Assembly: GCA_050013255.1 (NCBI GenBank)
Contig: JBEKFP010000003.1
Location: 96,001 to 160,000 of the forward strand
DNA: 64,000 bases
Reading direction: 5' to 3'
Source of the DNA: Candidatus Bathyarchaeia archaeon
Lineage (GTDB): Archaea > Thermoproteota > Bathyarchaeia > 40CM-2-53-6
Below the pieces are notes generated by a model. That model saw only the letters and a list, made by a program, of their open reading frames with translations, was not told the DNA's origin and did not search any database. The translations under genes were made by a program, and so were the position numbers. Shown in pieces: positions 20,425-29,531 of this stretch (position 1 is the stretch's first letter; each line of letters begins with the position of its first letter).

Positions 20425-21501
20425 ATGGCCTCGCTAACGGAGTCACTCCCAGAACAGAATCAAACCGACAGACTATTCTTCGTTCTTTCAGGCGAGCACG
20501 CATCCCTCCCCGCCGCAGAAGTAAAAGCGATTCTAGAAGCGAGTGGCGCAAAATTCTCCGGACCGACTCTGAGCTACAGGTTACTCACTCTAAACGCTCC
20601 ATTCAGTGCCTTGAAGGCGGTTTCGGAAAGGAGCTTAATGTACGATTGGTGCGGCCTATGCTTGGGAGAATGTGAGGCCAATGAGCGGCAAATTGAGGCA
20701 TTCGTGAAGAGTCAGCCGAATGAACGGTTAACTCGCGGCGCTGAAAGTTTTGCGGTTCGGTCTGTGCGGTTGGGTGGGGCTGCCAAGTCGGTCCGGCGCG
20801 TACCTTTGGAAGGGAGGATTGGGTGTGTTTTGAAAGAGTCGGTTCCACGGTTACGTGTTCAACTCGAGAACCCTGACCTCGTCTTTGCTTGCGTGTTGTA
20901 TGAGGACAAGTTTCTGCTCGGTTTATCGAGCTATTCGAAGCCGTCTGGCCTCATCGCGCCTAGGCTGCCACGTAGGCGTCCCGCATTTCACCCGTCCACG
21001 ATGCCGCCGAAGATAGCGAGGTGCATGGTCAACTTAGCGCGATCAGTTCCGGGCACAAGATTTGCCGATCCATTCTCAGGAGTGGGCGGTATTGCCATCG
21101 AGGCTGCGGTGATCGGTTGTAAAGTTCTAGGAGTGGATGCTAACCTTCGCATGCTTAGGGGCGCTCGGAGAAACATAAACTATTTTGGCTATGAGGCTGA
21201 AGGCTATCTCAATGCTGATGCCCGCCATCTCCCCATGCATGACTTGGACGCCATCGCAACTGACCCCCCCTACGGGCGGGGCTCGTCAACCATGGGAACT
21301 AAAGTAGCCGCTTTGGTTAAGGAGTTCCTAGAAGGAGTGAAGAGCTCGTTGAAAAAAGATGCCCACCTCTGCATATCCGCCCCCGTCGAAGTTCAAATTG
21401 AAGAATACGCAAAACAAGCAGGTTTCACGCTGAGGGAAAGACATCTCGCGAAAGTTCACCGCAGCTTAACTAGACAATTCGTCGTATTGCAAAACTCTTA
21501 G
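20425..21501 (+). CDS. tRNA m2G10 methyltransferase (Trm11/TrmG10; THUMP + MTase)
   Basis: LSGEH, FHPSTM, DPFSGVGGI, TDPPYG. Confidence 0.9.
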   Translation: MASLTESLPEQNQTDRLFFVLSGEHASLPAAEVKAILEASGAKFSGPTLSYRLLTLNAPFSALKAVSERSLMYDWCGLCLGECEANERQIEAFVKSQPNERLTRGAESFAVRSVRLGGAAKSVRRVPLEGRIGCVLKESVPRLRVQLENPDLVFACVLYEDKFLLGLSSYSKPSGLIAPRLPRRRPAFHPSTMPPKIARCMVNLARSVPGTRFADPFSGVGGIAIEAAVIGCKVLGVDANLRMLRGARRNINYFGYEAEGYLNADARHLPMHDLDAIATDPPYGRGSSTMGTKVAALVKEFLEGVKSSLKKDAHLCISAPVEVQIEEYAKQAGFTLRERHLAKVHRSLTRQFVVLQNS

Positions 21502-21502
21502 A

Positions 21503-22435
21503 ATGGCTTCGAAAATGCCAATTTCCGTAACCTTTCTCGGGACGGGAGGAAGCGTCCCAAGCAAGTATCGAAACCTCCCAAGCGTCCTCGTGCGGAGAGG
21601 CCCAGAGGTAATGCTCTTCGATTGTGGGGAAGGTACGCAACGCCAATTCCTCCAAGCCAAAGCAGGAACCAACCGAAAGATGCGCATATTCATCAGCCAT
21701 ATGCACGGAGACCACGTATTCGGATTACCAGGATTACTCCACACCCTCTCCTTCATGGGAAGAACAAATGAGCTGGAGATTGTGGGCCCAAAAGGAATCG
21801 CAGACCTTGTAACCTCGGTTAATCGGGTTGTCAAATTATATTCGCGATTTCCCATTCGAATAAAGGAGGCACAACATGGCCGCGTTGTCAGTGACGAGGA
21901 ATACGAAGTGCACGCTGCCCCGGCCGAGCACGGCATGCCTTGCTTGGCGTATGCATTCGTGGAGAAACCACGGCCTGGGAAGTTTGACCCTTCCAAAGCG
22001 CTGAAACTTGGCATTCCGGAGGGCCCGATGTGGAAGAAATTACAGGCCTCTGGTTCCGTGAAGATAGGAAGAAAACTGATTCCGTCAAGGCTTGTTGTTG
22101 GACCGCAAAGGCCCGGTGTGAAAATAACGTACGCTGTTGACACACGACCGTGCGCGGCCGTCGTAAAATTGGCGGCTAGGTCAGACCTTTTAATTCATGA
22201 CAGCTGCTTCGCGGAAGCAGCTTCGGCGAAAGCAAGAGATTATGGCCACTCGACCGCGAGCGAAGCCGCGGGTGTTGCGAAGAGGAGTAAGTCCCGGAAA
22301 TTAGCGCTCTTCCACATTAGCGCCATGTATGAGAATCCCGCGCCACTGCTGGCGCAGGCCAAAAGAATATTCCGCGAAACAATTCTCTCGAGAGATATGG
22401 CTACCGTCTACGTCTCCCCACATACTCTTGACTGA
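21503..22435 (+). CDS. rnz: Ribonuclease Z
   Basis: FLGTGG, DCGEGTQ, SHMHGDH, exosite PGKFD..GIPEGP, DTRP, GHST. Confidence 0.96.
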   Translation: MASKMPISVTFLGTGGSVPSKYRNLPSVLVRRGPEVMLFDCGEGTQRQFLQAKAGTNRKMRIFISHMHGDHVFGLPGLLHTLSFMGRTNELEIVGPKGIADLVTSVNRVVKLYSRFPIRIKEAQHGRVVSDEEYEVHAAPAEHGMPCLAYAFVEKPRPGKFDPSKALKLGIPEGPMWKKLQASGSVKIGRKLIPSRLVVGPQRPGVKITYAVDTRPCAAVVKLAARSDLLIHDSCFAEAASAKARDYGHSTASEAAGVAKRSKSRKLALFHISAMYENPAPLLAQAKRIFRETILSRDMATVYVSPHTLD

Positions 22436-22838
22436 GGCCTGGTCCGGGGCGTGCCAAGAAGTCTATGACCGATTGAGGGTCCGACGACTCTATCTCGATA
22501 GAAATTGGTCCATTAGGAGATTCCCCCGTCGGTTCACAGAACGAGACTCGTCCCACGAACGCCGCTTGTTTGTTAAGATAGATCCTAATTCGTTGCCCTT
22601 CAGTTCGGCTGAAGAGAATCGACCTCGCGGCTGTCCGAATCCTCTCCTGCCTAATCAGATTCTGCAAGGTGGAAAGGAAGGTCAAACCGTCCCCTTGAAT
22701 CCTGAGAACGACTTCGTTCCCCCGCATGCTGGTCTTGTGTATAGGTTCTGATGGGAACAGGTTGTGAAGTGCGCGTTCCACTTTCGCCTCATCTTCGGTT
22801 GGATTAACAACGGACTCGGCAGTGACGTCTGTGTCCAT
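22401..22838 (-). CDS. UPF0201/DUF54 RNA-binding protein
   Basis: NPTED..KV, LNKQAAFVG, GPI motifs. Confidence 0.88.
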   Translation of the reverse strand: MDTDVTAESVVNPTEDEAKVERALHNLFPSEPIHKTSMRGNEVVLRIQGDGLTFLSTLQNLIRQERIRTAARSILFSRTEGQRIRIYLNKQAAFVGRVSFCEPTGESPNGPISIEIESSDPQSVIDFLARPGPGLSQEYVGRRRR

Positions 22839-23389
22839 TATGTTTTCAACTTATTGAGAATGCCTTTGACGGTCGATTGAAGTTCGGTAATTGAATTTTC
22901 GTTGACGGCCAAATGATCAGCCAGAGCAATGACCTGTCCTAATCCCACCGTCAGCTCTCGATTATCGCGCTCGTAGAATGTGTCCCATGTCTTAGGATCA
23001 TCGCTTCTTCCCCGCGACAGGAGCCGCTGAAAACGCGTCTTGGGTGAGGCGTGAATTACTAAGGTGATCACTTCAAACTTCGATTTGAGTTCGGTAAGCT
23101 CATGGAAGCTTCTGACTCCCTCCACGATGACTACGTTGGATTGGCATTGTTCAATCTTAGGAAGTAGCCTTTTGGCTACTGCGGCAGACCCCTCAAGTTC
23201 CCTAACCTGCAACATAACAGCGCCGATGTTTTGGGGGGTTGGGTCGAGCCCCCTGCGCTCAGTTTCTTCTCTGATTACGTCGCCGAGAACCAACACGTCG
23301 AAGCCAAGTTGCTTCGCCGCCGCTGATGCTACCCCCTTCCCAGCGCCGGGCATGCCGGAGATCGCGATGACTTTCTTTCTTGGCTGCAT
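22838..23389 (-). CDS. UPF0200 P-loop kinase (dephospho-CoA kinase-like)
   Basis: GMPGAGKG, GDVIRE, EGVRS, RGRSDD, RDNREL. Confidence 0.88.
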   Translation of the reverse strand: MQPRKKVIAISGMPGAGKGVASAAAKQLGFDVLVLGDVIREETERRGLDPTPQNIGAVMLQVRELEGSAAVAKRLLPKIEQCQSNVVIVEGVRSFHELTELKSKFEVITLVIHASPKTRFQRLLSRGRSDDPKTWDTFYERDNRELTVGLGQVIALADHLAVNENSITELQSTVKGILNKLKT

Positions 23390-23481
23390 TTGCCGGCAAA
23401 CGTCTCCGAGGTCTTCCCGCCCAATGGCTATGAACCGTTAAATTAGGTCATTCAATATTAGCCTTCGCTGACGGGAATCAT

Positions 23482-24054
23482 ATGTCGCAGGAACGCATAC
23501 GGAGCTTCATCGCAGTTGACCTCGATGAGGCTTCAATACGCGAGCGAATAGTCGCGGTTCAGAGGGGTTTGGAGCAGACACGCGCACAACTGAAAATCGT
23601 GGAGCCAGAGATAATGCATCTGACACTCCGCTTTCTAGGAGAGGTTCCACAGACAACGGTTGGGAAAGTTGAGGAGGCGATGGATTCTGTGCGTTTTCCG
23701 CCGTTCGAAGCAGAGTTCACCGGCCTCGGAGTGTTCCCAAACCCGAGGCGAATCAACGTTGTCTGGGTGGGAATGAAGCATGGGCAAGAGCAATTGAACG
23801 GTATTTTCCAGCAGCTTGAACCGAAGCTTAGGCAGATTGGCTTGCCACCCGACGACAAGGGTTTCAGCCCTCACATGACAATCGCTCGCGTCAAGTCCGC
23901 TATGAACAGGGATGCCTTGGCGCAGTATGTTGAGAGTAAGCGTAGCGAAGAGTTCGGGAAGATGGCGGTAAAGGCTGTGCGATTAAAGAAGAGCACATTG
24001 ACCCCTAGGGGGCCGATTTACACAACAATCCACGAGGTAATAGCTTCGCCCTAA
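23482..24054 (+). CDS. thpR: RNA 2',3'-cyclic phosphodiesterase (2H family, LigT)
   Basis: Two HxT motifs: HLTLRFLG and PHMTIAR. Confidence 0.93.
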   Translation: MSQERIRSFIAVDLDEASIRERIVAVQRGLEQTRAQLKIVEPEIMHLTLRFLGEVPQTTVGKVEEAMDSVRFPPFEAEFTGLGVFPNPRRINVVWVGMKHGQEQLNGIFQQLEPKLRQIGLPPDDKGFSPHMTIARVKSAMNRDALAQYVESKRSEEFGKMAVKAVRLKKSTLTPRGPIYTTIHEVIASP

Positions 24055-24062
24055 CGGATCAA

Positions 24063-25502
24063 GTGTACGTCTTGGACAAGTTCGGAGAGGTTTGTGATGC
24101 CGTTAAGAAGAAGATTGCTCCTTCACTGAAATTGAAAAGCGCAGTTGAGACAAGGGCTGAGCAGATTAGGGCTGCTGTCGAGCAGGAGTGCGTTAAGGCG
24201 AATCTCGAAGCTGAGGTCCGCTTGGACGGCTCCGTCGCGAAGGACACATGGATACGGGATCATGCCGACGTCGATATTTTCATGAGAGTAAGCCCACAGC
24301 TAACCAAAACGCAACTGCGAGATGTGTGCTTGCCAATTGCACGCGAGGCGCTTCTCCCTCACACAATCGTCGAGAGGTATGCGGAGCACCCGTACATAGA
24401 ATCAACAGTAGAATTGGGTAGTAAGAGTGAGCTTCGGGTCAACGTTGTCCCATGCTACAAAGTCGAGAAAGGTAAATGGCTAAGCGCCACAGACAGGAGC
24501 CCCTACCACACCGAGTACATTAACCAACACTTCACTAAGGAGCAGCACGACGAAGTTCGCTTGCTCAAGGCCTTCATGAGGGGGATAGGGAGCTATGGAG
24601 CAGACATCAAAACTGGCGGCTTCAGCGGCATGCTATGCGAGACGCTCATAGTTTCGCGCAAGGATTTCCATCGTGTTGTTCAAGATTTCATGGGATGGCA
24701 TGAGGACGAAGTCATAGACATTGAGAACTACTACGAGGGCAGGCGTGCAGAAGCGCACCGCGTCTTTCGAGAACCATTGATCGTCATCGATCCTGTGGAC
24801 AAAGGCCGCAATTTAGCAGCCGCGGTCCGAGAGAACCAGCTCTGCAATTTTGTCGCTGCATGCAGGCAACTTGACTGGAAACCCACATCTGCTCTATTCG
24901 CGCAACCAAAAGTGAAGGCGTTGACCCCCGCTAATTACCGGAAACTCATTCGAACCCGTGGGTCGACAATCATCTGCCTAGTCGTGGGAAGAATAGATGC
25001 AGTTGTCGACATTCTATGGAGCCAACTCTACCGCACGCAGAGAGCGCTCGTCAACCTTCTGGAGAACAACGATTTCAAAGTGGTCCGATCATGGGCGTGG
25101 AGCGATGAAAAATCGTTGAACATAATTCTCTTCGAACTGGAGCAAGGATGTTTGCCTCGTCCGAAACGCCACGATGGTCCTTCAGTTTACGGGTTTGATG
25201 AGAGTGCTTCGTTCCTATCAAAACACGCGCCGAATCCCAATACAATCTCGGGCCCTTGGATTGAAAATGGCCATTGGGTTGTAGAAAAGAGGAGGTCAGT
25301 TGTTTCCGCAAATGCCTTGCTCAAGTCAGCACTTCGTTCTGGAGGGAAAGACGTCGGCGTTGCTTCTTTGCTTGCTGAGTCCTTCAGGAAGAGGTTACAA
25401 ATTCTTGAAAATGAAAGGATTGTAAGGCTGATCGTCTCAAATACGGAGTTTGCCAAGGCCATGAGAACTTACCTCTCAGGAAGGCCAGCATGGTTTGCAT
25501 GA
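24063..25502 (+). CDS. cca: Class I CCA-adding tRNA nucleotidyltransferase
   Basis: GSVAKDTW..DVDIF, YAEHPY, VPCY, DRSPYHT, GFSG, DPVD..RNLAAA. Confidence 0.95.
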   Translation: MYVLDKFGEVCDAVKKKIAPSLKLKSAVETRAEQIRAAVEQECVKANLEAEVRLDGSVAKDTWIRDHADVDIFMRVSPQLTKTQLRDVCLPIAREALLPHTIVERYAEHPYIESTVELGSKSELRVNVVPCYKVEKGKWLSATDRSPYHTEYINQHFTKEQHDEVRLLKAFMRGIGSYGADIKTGGFSGMLCETLIVSRKDFHRVVQDFMGWHEDEVIDIENYYEGRRAEAHRVFREPLIVIDPVDKGRNLAAAVRENQLCNFVAACRQLDWKPTSALFAQPKVKALTPANYRKLIRTRGSTIICLVVGRIDAVVDILWSQLYRTQRALVNLLENNDFKVVRSWAWSDEKSLNIILFELEQGCLPRPKRHDGPSVYGFDESASFLSKHAPNPNTISGPWIENGHWVVEKRRSVVSANALLKSALRSGGKDVGVASLLAESFRKRLQILENERIVRLIVSNTEFAKAMRTYLSGRPAWFA

Positions 25503-26253
25503 AAACGAAATACCCCTACATGGGCTTCTGCAGTCCCGTTACTCACACATACTCACCTATCCTGGTACAGATCCCGATGAAGCGAAGGAAAGGATAATGG
25601 AGCTTTCAGAGATTGGGATTTCCGCTCTTCGTTTCCGAGGGGTCACCCAGATAGGCGGTATCCCAATTCTTGGGAAAGGTTGCGTTGGCGTCGTGACGCA
25701 GGCTCGTCTTGAAGGGAAACTTGTCGCTTTGAAGATCCGGCGTCTGGACGCCGACCGGCCATCGATGAACGACGAGGCTAGGCTGTTGCGGTTGGCGAAT
25801 AGCGTTGATGTTGGGCCGCGTTTGATTTCTGCATCAAAGAACTTTCTAGCAATGGATTTTTTCCGAGGCATTCCACTATTCCGATGGGCAGAGGGTTCAA
25901 GGACAGGTGGAAGAGTGTTGAGGGAGCTAGTCACACGCCTCGTTACATGTTGCTTCATGCTTGACTCGATTGGGCTTGACCACGGGGAGTTGAGCCACGC
26001 CCCCAAGAATGTTCTTGTTAACAAGTTTGGCCATCCCTGTATTGTTGATTTCGAGAGCGCGAGCACGGCAAGGCGCGTCGCAAACGTCACATCACTACTT
26101 CAATACTTCCTGTTCGGAAGGGTGTCGAAAACGCTTCACGCTTCACAACTCTTCCCGGACAGAAGGAAGATCGTGAAGGCCCTAGGCGAATACAAGCACG
26201 ATGGGTCGGTTGAAAATTTCCAGAGCGTGTTAGGCGCGCTTGGCCTGTTATGA
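25495..26253 (+). CDS. RIO-like Ser/Thr protein kinase
   Basis: GKGCVG, VALKIRR, HGELS, IVDFESAS. Confidence 0.88.
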   Translation: MHENEIPLHGLLQSRYSHILTYPGTDPDEAKERIMELSEIGISALRFRGVTQIGGIPILGKGCVGVVTQARLEGKLVALKIRRLDADRPSMNDEARLLRLANSVDVGPRLISASKNFLAMDFFRGIPLFRWAEGSRTGGRVLRELVTRLVTCCFMLDSIGLDHGELSHAPKNVLVNKFGHPCIVDFESASTARRVANVTSLLQYFLFGRVSKTLHASQLFPDRRKIVKALGEYKHDGSVENFQSVLGALGLL

Positions 26254-26292
26254 AAGGTTCTTATGAGCGCTCATTTCTTTTCTGCCTCGAAC

Positions 26293-26472
26293 GGGGCCGT
26301 CGTCTAGAAGAGACTGCTTAGCAACTCTCTGGACAACTTGGTCTGGGAACACGATTCCGCCAACAGGATACCAGAGCGCAAATGCGCGCGGTGAACCTGG
26401 GGCGCTGGCGTCCCTAAGAACGAAAAGTCTCAGGGCCAGAGGTCGTGGGTTCAAATCCCACCGGCCCCACCA
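26293..26472 (+). tRNA. tRNA-Pro(GGG) with four introns (26308-26336, 26345-26364, 26375-26395, 26411-26441) and encoded CCA
   Basis: Removing four BHB-bounded inserts gives GGGGCCG TC GTCT AGCTTGGTCTA GGAT A CCAGC CTGGGGC GCTGG CGGTC GTGGG TTCAAAT CCCAC CGGCCCC A CCA, a complete cloverleaf. Confidence 0.92.
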
Positions 26473-26610
26473 TCTAACGAACCGTCTACCCTCAGCGAAA
26501 TTGCAACATTCGCATTCCATCTCAAAAAGAACGGCTAACGAGACTCCACGATTAGAGGAACAGTCCAGACACTCAAAGCCATAGGAAGAAACGTAAACCT
26601 GTTAGAACGA
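26473..26610 (+). pseudogene. Integrase remnant fused to the tRNA 3' end
   Basis: IPPAPPSNEPSTLSEIATFAFHLKKNG*RDSTIRGTVQTLKAIGRNVNLL matches the N-part of 35049..36086; TAA at 26536-26538. Confidence 0.88.
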
Positions 26611-26622
26611 ATAGCCACGATA

Positions 26623-26713
26623 AATTTCTGAGTAGAGACATAGTGCTAACGGCAGAGTAGTTTATCCACTTGTTAGCAGAAAACACTTGTGATAGGGACT
26701 CCAAGGACTTTAT
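26623..26713 (+). repeat. Conserved post-integrase element, copy 1
   Basis: Shares AATTTCT.AGTAGAGACAT, TGTTAGCAGAAAACACTTGTGAT and CAAGGACTTTAT with 36277-36377. Confidence 0.8.
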
Positions 26714-26737
26714 CCTATAATTGATACGCTAGAGGGC

Positions 26738-27526
26738 CTACCTCTTTCTCTTCCGCTGCCTAAGCAGCATAACTAGAGTGACCACGAACAGAGCAGCGAA
26801 TACTACAGCTCCGCCAGCATAGAGCTGGTCTGCTGAAAACGTGAATGCCTGGGTCAGGGGCTGCGAGATAGCTTCGGTTTTGAGAAGGTTCATCGTCGTA
26901 GACGCAGGAATGGGGTTCGTAGCAGTGGTGTACATTGTGAAAGTTTCGACTTGAGACTTTGCGGACCACACGTTCAATGTGTACTGGACAGACTTTCTGC
27001 TATTTCCGGTCGTTAGAATCCAATAGTACTGGCCATCGCCCGGAGCTGTCCAGGCGGTTTCATAGGATGTCAAGATTTGAAACATTGCAAACACCGCAGG
27101 CCAAGCGCCGTTGTAACCATTTTGTGTGCCACATACAACGACATTGGGTGTTATAGGAGAATAATCGGGTTCATTTATGATGTTCAGAGAAGCAAACTGA
27201 GCTGCCGTCATAATATAGAAAACAAGCGGATTGTTGTTCGACGTTATCGAAAAGGAAACTTCAGCGCCCTGGGTCACGACAAAATAGTCATACACGATGG
27301 GACAGAGTTGAAGCAAGGAACCCTGGGAGTACACATAGATTCCAGGTGTTCCACCCAGCTTGCCTGCATAAGGAGAGGAACCATAATCGGTAGTGTAGGT
27401 TGTTGTCCCATAGCTTGTAGCTACAGGGGTGGTGACCGTGGTATACGCCTGACTTTGAACTGCTGGCAAACTGACAACTGGAAGCATAAGTAGAATCGTT
27501 ACTAGAAGGCGAATAAATTTCGACAA
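26738..27526 (-). CDS. Secreted membrane-anchored hypothetical protein
   Basis: Signal peptide, Thr-rich segments, C-terminal TM + RQRKRKR. Confidence 0.75.
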   Translation of the reverse strand: MSKFIRLLVTILLMLPVVSLPAVQSQAYTTVTTPVATSYGTTTYTTDYGSSPYAGKLGGTPGIYVYSQGSLLQLCPIVYDYFVVTQGAEVSFSITSNNNPLVFYIMTAAQFASLNIINEPDYSPITPNVVVCGTQNGYNGAWPAVFAMFQILTSYETAWTAPGDGQYYWILTTGNSRKSVQYTLNVWSAKSQVETFTMYTTATNPIPASTTMNLLKTEAISQPLTQAFTFSADQLYAGGAVVFAALFVVTLVMLLRQRKRKR

Positions 27527-28163
27527 GGCTACTAAGTAGCTTTCATGGTTTACAATAAATCGCTTTGTATATCATACGGCATTGTTCTCGACTGATTGTG
27601 AGTCAGACGACTTCGTACCGAACGTTACAAGGACCGTTATAATACGATTAAGGACTACATGCGTCTTCGAGACGCCTAATCCATACTTTATCATCAGAGC
27701 GGCCAACTCTCAACAGCTTCAAGAATTGGAAGTTCCCGCCACTATCCGAAAGAGTCTTCAGCAAAGGCAGCTGCACGCTGGTTTGTTCCGGCAACGCCAT
27801 AGTATGGTCATTCAGATTGAGAATGGCACTCTAGGTTAAATCGTGACTCGTAATTGATTCTTTCCCAAGAATCAGCCCAAGAGACAGTTTTGGGTTCCTC
27901 TCGCTCGTCATGCTCGTCTACTTTCACAATTCACTGACCGTTAGACAGAAGCATCGAGTCCAGTTATTTGCTTACATGATTCACGGCAAGAACCGTGAAT
28001 GAAGTTGAGCTGTCCGATTTGTGACCTGGAACTTCTCGGCCAAGATAAATGCCCGCTGAAACGTTGCGAACGATGTTGCTTATGGTTTGAGCTGCAGGAT
28101 GACGGCAAGCTCATTCCCCTACGAATTGATAATCTAGCGAAATATCTCTAGAGCTGTCTAAGA

Positions 28164-28346
28164 TTGCTATTCGAGAACAAGTCAACTAGAAGTCCTAACT
28201 GCAAGAACCAACTAGTGTGGATTAGCCACGTTAAACTGTGGAAGCGTGCGAGGGAGATTAACGAATTCAATTTCTCCTGTGAAACATGCAAGCGCCAGTA
28301 CCAATTCATAGATAACAAGATTATCGAGAAGATACTCTCCTCCTAG
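28164..28346 (+). CDS. Possible small Zn-ribbon protein
   Basis: SPNC...CETC. Confidence 0.35.
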   Translation: MLFENKSTRSPNCKNQLVWISHVKLWKRAREINEFNFSCETCKRQYQFIDNKIIEKILSS

Positions 28347-28574
28347 ATAACCTGGTTTTTGTTTCGGAGAATTTTCTCAATGCTGCAATTCCTACTGTTG
28401 CAACCAAGAGGGACGCAGCCATTCCGCGTTTTGCTATTGGATTCTGCTGTGATGGCCAATGAGAACAGAGAAGTTATGGGCCTGAGAGGCCACTGGGGTC
28501 AAGGAAAACGGGGAGGATTTGGCAAGTATTAAGAGCCTTCGACTTCAACTTATAGATTCTCTAGGTTTGAAGTT

Positions 28575-29309
28575 ATGAAGAGATTCATCCCAGTCACCTT
28601 AGTCCTACTGTTCCTATTCGCGTTGCCCCATGTGGCGGCATCTCCAAGTGCCGTCATTCACAACAACACTAGCAACTACATAGATGAGGTTGGTTACCTT
28701 CATGTGGTGGGCGAAGCGCAAAATACCGGCGATGTTTGGTTACAATCTGTGCGCATCGGCGCCACCTTCAAAGACCAGAACGGCGCCGTAGTGGGTACTT
28801 CCTTCACTTACACGTTGCTCGACCGCCTGCCCCCCGGTGTTACTTCAGGCTTTGACGTGTTCGAATTTGACAAGGGGAAGTCGGCGATGATTCGAAGTTA
28901 CACACTCGCAATAGAGTTCGAGACGGCCGAACCATTGACCACTGCCCTAGAGATTATCAATACGTCCTCATCAAAGGATAGCTTTGGATTTTTGACTATA
29001 GTGGGCGAAGTCAAGAACAACGGTGACACAATCAGCGAATACACGGAAGTCGTAGCCATCTTCTACGGCGCCAACGGCAATGTGGTCGACGTGGGCTACA
29101 CGTTCACTGAACCGACCACCGTTCAACCGCGCAGCCAACAATCCTTCAAACTTATACCAACAAGTGACCCCCAGAGCAACTTAGCCACTAGGTGGGTCTT
29201 GGACACGCAAAGTAATCAGTATGCAAGTGTCTCCGAAACCATTTGGCCAGCACTCATGTTGGCCGCAGCCCTGTCCCTATGTGGTTTTGCTATGCGAAAA
29301 AAGAACTGA
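28575..29309 (+). CDS. Secreted protein with two FxLYD-like domains and C-terminal anchor
   Basis: Two 'VVGE.KN.GD....V.A.F...NG.VV' repeats; signal peptide; TM + RKK. Confidence 0.8.
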   Translation: MKRFIPVTLVLLFLFALPHVAASPSAVIHNNTSNYIDEVGYLHVVGEAQNTGDVWLQSVRIGATFKDQNGAVVGTSFTYTLLDRLPPGVTSGFDVFEFDKGKSAMIRSYTLAIEFETAEPLTTALEIINTSSSKDSFGFLTIVGEVKNNGDTISEYTEVVAIFYGANGNVVDVGYTFTEPTTVQPRSQQSFKLIPTSDPQSNLATRWVLDTQSNQYASVSETIWPALMLAAALSLCGFAMRKKN

Positions 29310-29400
29310 CAAGCGGATATCAGTGTGTTCGTGAGAGCTTCGCCCAACAAAATTGAGCTCATAAGGCCTGCCCGAAGTTTCTGACTAGGCTTTGGAGTCC

Positions 29401-29444
29401 CATGATTCCCACGATTCGTGGATTCGAATCCCATCGGCCCGACA
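29401..29444 (+). repeat. att-like tRNA-derived repeat, type A (degenerate)
   Basis: catgattCCCACgattcGTGGAttcgaatCCCATcggcccgaca. Confidence 0.8.
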
Positions 29445-29531
29445 AAAATCAAGGCTTCACAAAGATAATTAACACAAAGGCGAGGATTAAGATACTGGAA
29501 ACAGGTTTCGTCCAGCCTTTGAGTTGGAAAC

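Noticed and set aside
26248-26520. Minus-strand ORFs containing WGRWDLNP-like peptides (also 30945 and 37894)
   Set aside because: Antisense translation of the tRNA T-arm, not proteins
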